The translations under genes and the position numbers were made by a program. This document shows, in pieces, positions 56,897 to 64,000 of a stretch of 64,000 nucleotides of DNA. This stretch comes from Candidatus Latescibacterota bacterium (GTDB taxonomy: Bacteria; Latescibacterota; UBA2968; UBA8231), in assembly GCA_965203355.1 (NCBI GenBank), contig OZ241889.1, forward strand, positions 3,360,001 to 3,424,000, written 5' to 3'. Position 1 is the stretch's first letter, and each line of letters starts with the position of its first letter. Below the pieces are notes generated by a model. That model did no database searches, was not told where the DNA came from, and saw only the letters and a program-made list of their open reading frames with translations.

Positions 56897-57792
56897 GATG
56901 CCTCCTCTGTGGACTGGCGGTTTAGGATGCGTAACAAGCGGTCGGGATAGTCGGTGATTAGGCCATCGACGCCCAGGGCTAGGTAGTGCTGCATGGCGGC
57001 GGGATCGTTGATGGTCCAGACGTGGACGTGGACGTTGTGGGCATGGGCGCGGGCGATGAAACGCTGGTCTATCAGATCGATTTTGCCCAACCGGGCCGGG
57101 AACTGAAAGGCTTGGCTTACCGGGTGGTACGCGGCGTCGAGCCGCAGCCAGTGGAGCAAGATAAAGGACATGCCCGCCGATGCAGCAGCCGAAGTCGCCA
57201 CTTCGGGGCAAGCTTGGCGCAAGTGCGCTAAAGGGCGGCTGTGAAAGGAAGCGGCGATGACGCGCTCGCTTAATTCAAAGCGGCGGATCGTTCCGCAGAA
57301 GTCGCGTGCTAGCGCAGCGGAATCGTCCTTGATTTCGATGAGAAAGCGCGTGTTGGGAAAAGCGGTGAACACCTCGGCGAGCGTGGGGATTGCGACCCCT
57401 TGGCCGCGATAGGGAAAGGTTTGGCCGCTTGGACTGAAGTGGTAGCCCGCGTCTAACTGCTTCAACTGGGCGAGGCTCAAGCTATCGGCCGCGCCTTGGC
57501 CGTTGGTCGTGCGGTCAACGCGCCGGTCGTGCAGGACGATGAGCGCGCCGTCGCGGCTTTGGCGCAAGTCCATTTCTAGCACATCGACGCCCAAGGCGAC
57601 CGAGCGGGCAAAGGCCGTTAGGGTGTTTTCCGGTGCCAGCCCCTTGCCGCCGCGGTGTGCAATGACCAAAACGTCCCCGGTCTCAAAGTAGGGATGCGGC
57701 TCTACCGGGTGCGATGTTAGGGCGAAGGCACCGTACAACACTCCGGCTAAAAGCAGCAAGGCGAGCAAGGCCCGCTTGAGGAATACGCGCAT
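56881..57792 (-). CDS. Glycerophosphodiester phosphodiesterase
   Basis: N-terminal anchor; IAHRGG..APENT, LEMDL, IEIK, WTIND, ITDYPD. Confidence 0.92.
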   Translation of the reverse strand: MRVFLKRALLALLLLAGVLYGAFALTSHPVEPHPYFETGDVLVIAHRGGKGLAPENTLTAFARSVALGVDVLEMDLRQSRDGALIVLHDRRVDRTTNGQGAADSLSLAQLKQLDAGYHFSPSGQTFPYRGQGVAIPTLAEVFTAFPNTRFLIEIKDDSAALARDFCGTIRRFELSERVIAASFHSRPLAHLRQACPEVATSAAASAGMSFILLHWLRLDAAYHPVSQAFQFPARLGKIDLIDQRFIARAHAHNVHVHVWTINDPAAMQHYLALGVDGLITDYPDRLLRILNRQSTEEASWATQ

Positions 57793-57901
57793 GGGTGGTG
57801 TCGGGGTTCTTTCGGGGAGTTCGCAAGAATATATTAGGTGGCTGGTTACGAGCAAGTTTTGAACGGTCCGTTTTTTCATAGACAATGGAAAGGAGTCGGC
57901 G

Positions 57902-58066
57902 ATGCGCCTATTGACCACGGATGGGGATCGGATTTCTCGTGCGAGCACTGGTTGGAAAACGCGACCTATTCAGCACTTGGCGGTGTTCACCGAAGAATTG
58001 GGGCTGAGTGTGGCTGAACAGGAGCAAGTGTTGGGGGCGACAGCTAGGCGGCTGTTTTTTAATTGA
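57902..58066 (+). pseudogene. Degenerate C-terminal remnant of an amidohydrolase-family gene
   Basis: WGSDFSCEHWLENATY in one frame, HLAVFTEELGLSVAEQEQVLGATARRLFF in another. Confidence 0.5.
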
Positions 58067-58072
58067 CAAGTC

Positions 58073-58100
58073 TTTACTGAAAGCCTAAATAAGTTATAAT
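58073..58100 (+). promoter_or_regulatory. Putative sigma70 promoter upstream of the P450 cassette
   Basis: TTTACT-16-TATAAT; a TTGACA also lies at 58063. Confidence 0.4.
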
Positions 58101-58485
58101 TCACAGCGGCGGAGATACAAAACCCCGCGGCTTGCGGCACGCTCAGGCGGATTAACAGGACATGGGCACAGCGTCAATATCACAAAGAATACCATCGCTG
58201 GGATCGGTGCCTTGTTCTACGCTTGCAATAACGCCGAGGCTTTATCGTCATAAATCGTTAAAAAACAATGATTTACCCCCCCCCCCCAACTCCGATTTCT
58301 TGGGCATTAAGCTCTAGCATTCATCAGCTTATTCTCCTCCCGCCCCTTCCTAAGCAGAAGCGGGAAGAGGTATTGCTCTGCTCTGCCGCATCGGCAAGGC
58401 ACCCGCGGAGACATACCAAAAACGCACCGAGACAACTTGAGACTTCAAAATGTAGCACTACCCGGCATCGAGTTAGGTTGACACA

Positions 58486-60486
58486 ATGAAGGCTCTCACC
58501 TTTGCCGAGGAACTCTGCCTGCTCTTACAGGACGACGCCTTGGGTCAACTCCATCCGCTCGAGGGGCGGACCTTGGCCTTCGGCCTTGCGACCGCGACGT
58601 TGCTGGAGCTGGCTCAGCATGATCGCATAGACACCGATCTGGCCCATCTTCAGCTTATTGACCCGACGCCGCTGGGCGATCCCATCGCTGATCCCGCCTT
58701 GGCCCTGATCGCGGGAAACTCGGAGACTAACACTCCCCAATACTGGATTCGCCGCCTAGGGTTGCAGTTGGGCCCGCAGATACTTGACGCGGCCCGAGAA
58801 CGCCTATGCGAGCGGGGCATTCTGGAACGGGACCCGGGCGACCACTTCTTCTTGGCCCCGGCTGTGGCGCACGCGAAGCGCTATCCCGGCGTGCCGGGCG
58901 ACAGCGCGGAAGAGGTTCAGGTGCGCGTCATGCGGATTCTCTTCAACGAGGATGTCCCCCAACCGTGGGAGGCCGACCTGATCGGTCTCGCCGCTGCCTG
59001 CCGCGCATTCGAGAAGGTGCTGAGCGCCCGGGAACTCGACCGGGTGGGCGCCCGGATTGAGGCGGTGAAGTCGCTGAATCTCCTGTGCCGGGCGGGCCGT
59101 ATCGCCATCGACGAGGACTTGGCGGCCAGCCGGACCGCTCCCGATCTGCAGTACAAGCCGATTCCCAAGGTGCCCGGATTGCCGTTGATCGGCAACGCCC
59201 TCGGCATGACTGGCGACCTGAACGATTTCTTTACCAAGCTTCATCGGCGACACGGGCCGATCTTTCGCATTCGGTTGCCGGGTCGTCGCGTCGTCGTCTT
59301 GGCCGGCCGGGAGGCGAATGCTTTCGTACTTCAGCATGCGCGTACGCACTTGCGCTCAAACCGGGAGTTCAGCGAGTTCTGCCGGGCCATGGAGACCGAT
59401 CGCGCCCTGATATCAATGGACGGTGCCGATCACGTCAAGCTCAGGCGCGTGGCTCAGGCCGGCTACTCAAGGGCGGTCATTGAGCGAGACATAGGTCAGG
59501 CGATAGAAATAGCCCGGCGCCATGTGACCTCTTGGCCAGTGGGACAGCGGCTGCGGGCGTTCGAGACCATACAGCGGATCGTAACCGAGCAGGTAGGCAT
59601 CTTGGCAACCGGCCTGTCGCCGCGCGACTACATCGATGATCTCAAGTACTACTTCGATACGTTGGTTTTGACCGTCCGACGCGACCGTCCTCGGTTCATG
59701 TACGCGCACCGCATGCCTCGGGTTAGGGGCCGGATACGGGCGCTCTGCCAGCAGGTGATTGAGCTGCACGACCCCGACCTGCGGAAGGGGTGTCCACGCG
59801 ACGTCATCGACGCCTTTCTGGAGTTGCACCGCCAAGATCCGCAATTCCTGCCCGAAACCGACCTCATGTCCGCCGTGGTCGGGCCGTACATTGCCGCCGT
59901 GGATACTGTGGCTGGGACGTTGGGTTTTGCCGTTCTGCGTCTGCTCTCCGAGCCCAAGTACCTAGCGATACTTAGGGCCGAGGCGGATGCGCTCTTCGCC
60001 AACGGTATGCCCGACGCCCAGGACGTTCGCGCCCTGGTGAACACCCATGCCTTCGTGACCGAGGCACTTCGCTGTTACCCGACCGTGCCGGCAATGGTTC
60101 GCACCGTTTGCAATGGCTTTGAGTTCCAAGGGCACTACGTTCCCGCCGGAACCACGATCATGGTAGCGACCACGGTGGTTCACAAAGATCCCGAGTATTA
60201 CCCGGACCCCGACCGTTTTGAGCTCGAACGGCACCTGCCGCCCCGGACGGAATCAAAGCAGAAGGGTGCGTTTGCTCCGTTCGGCATCGGGCCGCACACC
60301 TGCCTAGGCGGAGCATTCGGTCAAGTGCAGATGGCGACGGTCATCGCCACGATGCTGCGCTACGGAGCGTTTGAGTGCGACCCCGCGCCCGAGAATGGCG
60401 TGATCCGGGCTACGGGCTATCCTTCATATCGTCCGCACCGCAAGGTCGGATTCCGTCTCGTTAGCCGCAGAAACGAAGGGGGTTGA
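58486..60486 (+). CDS. GPP34 (GOLPH3/Vps74-like) domain fused to cytochrome P450
   Basis: N-terminus LTFAEELCLLL.DD..G, ATLLELA..RID, PLGDPI.D.AL, L.ERGIL (GPP34). P450 motifs: PGLPLIGN, I-helix AAVDT, EALR, heme ligand FGIGPHTCLG. Confidence 0.85.
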   Translation: MKALTFAEELCLLLQDDALGQLHPLEGRTLAFGLATATLLELAQHDRIDTDLAHLQLIDPTPLGDPIADPALALIAGNSETNTPQYWIRRLGLQLGPQILDAARERLCERGILERDPGDHFFLAPAVAHAKRYPGVPGDSAEEVQVRVMRILFNEDVPQPWEADLIGLAAACRAFEKVLSARELDRVGARIEAVKSLNLLCRAGRIAIDEDLAASRTAPDLQYKPIPKVPGLPLIGNALGMTGDLNDFFTKLHRRHGPIFRIRLPGRRVVVLAGREANAFVLQHARTHLRSNREFSEFCRAMETDRALISMDGADHVKLRRVAQAGYSRAVIERDIGQAIEIARRHVTSWPVGQRLRAFETIQRIVTEQVGILATGLSPRDYIDDLKYYFDTLVLTVRRDRPRFMYAHRMPRVRGRIRALCQQVIELHDPDLRKGCPRDVIDAFLELHRQDPQFLPETDLMSAVVGPYIAAVDTVAGTLGFAVLRLLSEPKYLAILRAEADALFANGMPDAQDVRALVNTHAFVTEALRCYPTVPAMVRTVCNGFEFQGHYVPAGTTIMVATTVVHKDPEYYPDPDRFELERHLPPRTESKQKGAFAPFGIGPHTCLGGAFGQVQMATVIATMLRYGAFECDPAPENGVIRATGYPSYRPHRKVGFRLVSRRNEGG

Positions 60487-60555
60487 GTCTCCCTCGGTGG
60501 CTTGACGATGCGCGGGCGGGATTGAATCGGTCCATGTGCGTGGGAGGCTAATACT

Positions 60556-61662
60556 ATGGCTCGATCAGAAGAGTTCAATCCGATGTCGATGGCGCCTTTG
60601 CGCGTTTGGTGCCGGCTTCTCGCCAAGGTGGGCGGCGTGAAGCATCCCTACCGGGCCAGGCTCAGGCAGGCACTCATCACCAGTCTGATTACGGCCGTTC
60701 CACGCTGGCTGGAATGGGGTTTATACGGCCTGCCGGTCGCGCGGACCCGAATCACCAAGCCCCCCATTATCATCCTCGGCTTTCCGCGCTCGGGCACGAC
60801 TTTCCTCCACAACCTCTTGGCACACGACCCGGACTTAGGATATTGTTCCAACTATCAGGCCGCGATCCCATTCTGCCTGATTGGCGGGGAGCGCTTAAAG
60901 AGGAAGTTGGCGTCCCGGGTGCCCCAAAACCGGGGCATCGACAACATGGCGGCCGATATGGATCTGCCTCAGGAAGAGGTCTTCGCGCACGCGATGCATT
61001 CGCACCGTTCAGTCACACACGCATTCACCTTTCCCTCGCTGACGGAAGAACTGGGCCGGAAGTACGTGCTCATGGAGGCCAGCGACGCCGAGGTGCGTGC
61101 GTGGCGCAGGGGCTACATGAAGGTTGTGAAAAAGGCGACCTACATGCACGGTGGCAGGCGCGTCGTACAGAAGGCCACCCCAAATCTGGGGCGACTCCCC
61201 CAGATCATGGAGATGTTTCCGGGAGCCTACTACATACACATCGTTCGCAATCCCTACGATCTGTATCCGTCGTACATGCACATGCTGTCCACGCTGACTA
61301 AGTCGTACACTATGGAAGAATACGATCCGGCCGAGTTGGAGGCCGGGGCCGTCCGCATGTACCAGCGAATCATGCAGAACTACCTGAGGGACAGGTCATC
61401 TATTCCGCCCGACCGGTTCATCGAGATGCGTTTCGAGGATTTGCGTCGGGATCCAATGGGGGAGATTGGTCGGATTTACCGGAGCTTCGGCTTCGACTGG
61501 GAGAGAGCCGAAGCTCCGATCGCGGACTACGTCGCCACGCTGTCGTCGTACAAGCAGAACCAGTACGATCCCGATCCCCGCGTCCGCGAACAGGTCGATG
61601 CACACTGGAGGTTCGCGGTCGATGAGTGGAACTATGGCTCGCCGCCACCCGAGACCCCGTAG
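60556..61662 (+). CDS. Sulfotransferase (Sulfotransfer_3, Stf3-like)
   Basis: PAPS-binding PIIILGFPRSGTTFLHNLL, NRGIDNM...PQEE, IHIVRNPY..YPS, RFEDL, YKQN. Confidence 0.88.
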   Translation: MARSEEFNPMSMAPLRVWCRLLAKVGGVKHPYRARLRQALITSLITAVPRWLEWGLYGLPVARTRITKPPIIILGFPRSGTTFLHNLLAHDPDLGYCSNYQAAIPFCLIGGERLKRKLASRVPQNRGIDNMAADMDLPQEEVFAHAMHSHRSVTHAFTFPSLTEELGRKYVLMEASDAEVRAWRRGYMKVVKKATYMHGGRRVVQKATPNLGRLPQIMEMFPGAYYIHIVRNPYDLYPSYMHMLSTLTKSYTMEEYDPAELEAGAVRMYQRIMQNYLRDRSSIPPDRFIEMRFEDLRRDPMGEIGRIYRSFGFDWERAEAPIADYVATLSSYKQNQYDPDPRVREQVDAHWRFAVDEWNYGSPPPETP

Positions 61663-61721
61663 CATACCATGTTGTTCCTCCCGAAAGGGCAGGCCGGGGA
61701 AGCACTCGAGAGCGGCCTGAT

Positions 61722-62573
61722 ATGAGCGTGGTGGTAGTCATTGGCTCGGCGACGATTGACCGCGTGGTGCAAGAAGGCATAAGCGCGTGCAAACGCGGGG
61801 GGGTGGTTGCGTATGCTGGGTTGACCTTTGCCGAGTTGGGCGTGGAGACGCGGATATTGACCAACATCGCCGCGGCTGACCGGGCGATGCTGGCGGCGTT
61901 GCAGCAGCGGGGTATTGCCGTCTATGTGGGCGAGAGCGCGGCGACGACCTGTTTTGTCAACTACGTGGATGGCGACGCACGGCATCAGGCGTTGCTCGCT
62001 TGTGCCGCGCCGATTGCCGCAGCGCAACTCGGGCCGGTGCTCGCCGGCGCGACGCACGTGCATTTGGGGCCGCTCCACCCGCGCGATCTGGCCGAGGATA
62101 TGCTGACGGCGATAGACGGCGTGGTGAGCTTGGACATCCAGGGCTATGTGCGGCGGATTGAGGGGACGCAGGTGTGCCAAGGGGTTGCTGACGATCTGTA
62201 TGCCGCTCTGCAATGCGCGGACTATGTCAAAACTTCCAATGATGAATTAGAACTCGTGCTCGCCGATTGCGGCCTGACGCTAGATCGGTTGATGCGCGAG
62301 TACTCGGTGGCAGAGTGGATCGTCACCGAAGGTTCGCACGGCGGCTGGGTGGCAAATCGGCCGGGACAACGGACGAAGTTTGCGTCGGCTCCGGTGGCGA
62401 TGGTGGCCGATCCAACCGGGGCTGGAGACGTGTTTTTCGCCGCGTATTTGGCGCATCGGTTGCATCGAGGCGTGGGGATTGATACGGCCGCTCAACGTGC
62501 GGCGGCGTTGGCTGCGCGCCAAGTGGAGGGTGGGTTTATCGACGAGGTGACGTTGCGTTTGGAAGGGGAGTGA
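61722..62573 (+). CDS. PfkB family carbohydrate kinase
   Basis: IGSATID, GGVVAYAG, LDIQG, VTEGSHG, DPTGAGDVFFAAY. Confidence 0.88.
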   Translation: MSVVVVIGSATIDRVVQEGISACKRGGVVAYAGLTFAELGVETRILTNIAAADRAMLAALQQRGIAVYVGESAATTCFVNYVDGDARHQALLACAAPIAAAQLGPVLAGATHVHLGPLHPRDLAEDMLTAIDGVVSLDIQGYVRRIEGTQVCQGVADDLYAALQCADYVKTSNDELELVLADCGLTLDRLMREYSVAEWIVTEGSHGGWVANRPGQRTKFASAPVAMVADPTGAGDVFFAAYLAHRLHRGVGIDTAAQRAAALAARQVEGGFIDEVTLRLEGE

Positions 62574-62575
62574 AA

Positions 62576-62668
62576 TGTTATCGAGAGGAGGATGCAGTGA
62601 TCAGGATTATTTCAGCTCGGAAGGCTAACAGAAACGAACAGCGAGAATACGAAGGATTCATGGGATGA
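62576..62668 (+). pseudogene. BrnT toxin C-terminal remnant
   Basis: CYREEDAVIRIISARKANRNEQREY, stop overlapping the antitoxin ATG (ATGA). The N-terminal two-thirds are missing. Confidence 0.8.
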
Positions 62669-62871
62669 GAAAAGAATACGATTTCTCAAAGTCCGTCCGG
62701 AATCCCTATGCAAAGCATTTTAAGAAACAGATTACGCTTCGTCTGGGGACGGATGTGATTGCGTATTTCAAGGATCTGGCGGGCGAAACCGGTATTCCAT
62801 ACCAGAGTTTGATCAATCTGTATCTACAGGATTGCGTTCAGACCAAGAAAAAGCTCAAGTGGGCATCGTGA
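62665..62871 (+). CDS. BrnA-family antitoxin (RHH)
   Basis: MRKEYDFSK..RNPYAK..KKQITLRL..DVIAYFK..A.ETGIPYQSLINLYL.DC. Confidence 0.9.
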   Translation: MRKEYDFSKSVRNPYAKHFKKQITLRLGTDVIAYFKDLAGETGIPYQSLINLYLQDCVQTKKKLKWAS

Positions 62872-62881
62872 GCTAAGAAAT

Positions 62882-63715
62882 TCAGCACTCAGCACCGCGC
62901 ACCTCACCGCCGAAGTGCTGCATGCGCTCGTCGGTGTCAATCTGATCGGTGCTGGCGGGTCGGTAGTGTAGCTGGAGGGCGCGGCGCATTTTTTGCGAGG
63001 GGTTGGTCGGGCTGCCGTGGTGGGTCATGCCGTGCCAGAGCAGGCAACCACCGGGAGCAAGGGGTACGAAGACGTCGCGCTCGGTCTGGACGTCGGTGTC
63101 GCAAATCTGCCAATCGCGGCGCTTGAAGTGATGGACCGGGCCTTCGCGGTGCGTACCGGGCAGGATGTGTAGGCAGCCGTTATCCGCGTCGGCGTGGTCG
63201 AGGGCAATCCAGACGCCGATGATGGTGGCGCCCAAAGGATAGTTGAAATACGCACAGTCTTGGTGCCAGGGTTTCTCCCGGCCCCTAGGCGGCTTGAGCA
63301 GGGCCATCTCTTGGAATAGAACGGGGGTGTCGTCCATCAGGCGGGCGAGGACGTCCAAGAGCGCTGGGGCGGTGGCGAGCGGTTGGAAACGCTCATCCCA
63401 ATCGACAAAATTCATCAGTTTGCGCACCGCGCCACGCCGTGCTGTGCCCGTCAGCTTTTGGCCCTGAGCGGACGCTTCGAGTTGGACGCCGCGAAATTCG
63501 GGCTTTTTGCCGTCGATCAGGTCGTACACGGCGTCGCCCGCGTCGGCGACTTGGTCGGGCGAAAATGCCTCTGCTATAGCGAGGTAGCCTTGCTCGTGAA
63601 AGAAGGCTAGCTGCTCGGGGCCGATGTCGGCGAAGCAAGCGACTTGCTGGGCCTGGGCGTCGCAGCGGTAGAGCGCCGGGGCGCCGTCGTCGATGATGGG
63701 TTCGGCACTCGTCAT
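62882..63715 (-). CDS. Phytanoyl-CoA dioxygenase (PhyH) family protein
   Basis: FHEQGYL, LLKPP.GREKPWHQD, WIALD..DNGCL.ILPGTH, THHGSPTN...RRALQLHY. Confidence 0.93.
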   Translation of the reverse strand: MTSAEPIIDDGAPALYRCDAQAQQVACFADIGPEQLAFFHEQGYLAIAEAFSPDQVADAGDAVYDLIDGKKPEFRGVQLEASAQGQKLTGTARRGAVRKLMNFVDWDERFQPLATAPALLDVLARLMDDTPVLFQEMALLKPPRGREKPWHQDCAYFNYPLGATIIGVWIALDHADADNGCLHILPGTHREGPVHHFKRRDWQICDTDVQTERDVFVPLAPGGCLLWHGMTHHGSPTNPSQKMRRALQLHYRPASTDQIDTDERMQHFGGEVRGAEC

Positions 63716-63927
63716 GTCTGTTCCGCTGATTGGTCCCGGACCAAGATTGCCATGGGAATTAGCACGCAGTAGCCGACGACGAGGAGCACTGGCGCTAGGG
63801 TGAGGGAGAGAAAACCCTCGGCTGGCGGGATGCGCAAAAACACATAGCCGAGCGCGATCACGGCTAAGCCTACTAAGGCCAAGGACCAGTTTTTGCGCGT
63901 AAAAGGCAAGTCGCTGTGTAGGGCCAT
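63712..63927 (-). CDS. Small two-TM membrane protein (DUF3098-like)
   Basis: PFTRKNW...GL.VI.LGY...SLTLAP.LLV.GY. Confidence 0.6.
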   Translation of the reverse strand: MALHSDLPFTRKNWSLALVGLAVIALGYVFLRIPPAEGFLSLTLAPVLLVVGYCVLIPMAILVRDQSAEQT

Positions 63928-63941
63928 GACGTGGGCCTCGC

Positions 63942-64000
63942 TTAGCGCGACCGCTTTTCGCGGATGCGGGCGGCGCGACCTTTGCGACCGCGCAAGTAAA
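63942..64000 (-). CDS. rplS: 50S ribosomal protein L19, 3' end (partial)
   Basis: The minus strand translates YLRGRKGRAARIREKRSR-stop, the conserved L19 C-terminus. Confidence 0.85.
   Translation of the reverse strand, partial: YLRGRKGRAARIREKRSR

Noticed and set aside
56897-57211. N-terminal extension of the ABC ATPase ORF (334 aa)
   Set aside because: It overlaps the GDPD gene in another frame; a good RBS supports a start at 56896.
1-64000. Numerous 60-350 aa antisense or alternate-frame ORFs in the track; tRNA, rRNA and riboswitches
   Set aside because: Shadow ORFs are expected in GC-rich coding DNA. No structured RNA gene was recognised by eye; an Infernal/Rfam scan of 58100-58480 and 29080-29330 would be needed to exclude one.

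Overview
This is a GC-rich bacterial window with about 40 intact genes and about a dozen gene fragments. The content is dominated by carbohydrate and sulfate-ester metabolism and secreted proteins: three PhyH dioxygenases, sulfatase, GH116, Gfo/Idh/MocA and AKR oxidoreductases, two DUF6785-type transporters, FG-GAP/ASPIC-UnbV and TPR proteins, and araFGH. By inference this resembles FCB-group (Latescibacterota-like) bacteria, possibly host-associated. No rRNA, tRNA, cas gene or multi-unit CRISPR array was seen. Main points: (1) An arylsulfatase gene is broken by an exact 37-38 bp duplication of its own sequence flanking a 36-37 bp AT-richer insert (16738-16849), the geometry of an off-target Cas1-Cas2 spacer integration (neo-CRISPR). 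(2) A ~22 kb divergent locus (24391-46482) encodes a secreted protein with a TAV..SW..K tail, a lipoprotein, three paralogous discoidin-like/FlgD-like proteins all ending V-x-Y, a large putative outer-membrane protein, a SurA-like PPIase, TPR and FG-GAP lipoproteins and an arabinose ABC importer; this is a candidate undescribed surface assembly or sugar-capture system. (3) A GPP34(GOLPH3)-cytochrome P450 fusion is paired with an Stf3-like sulfotransferase. (4) An IS5-family element sits at the site of a gutted TonB-dependent receptor. (5) Several toxin-antitoxin loci have lost the toxin. The window ends in the 3' end of rplS. All family calls come from motif recognition, not database searches.
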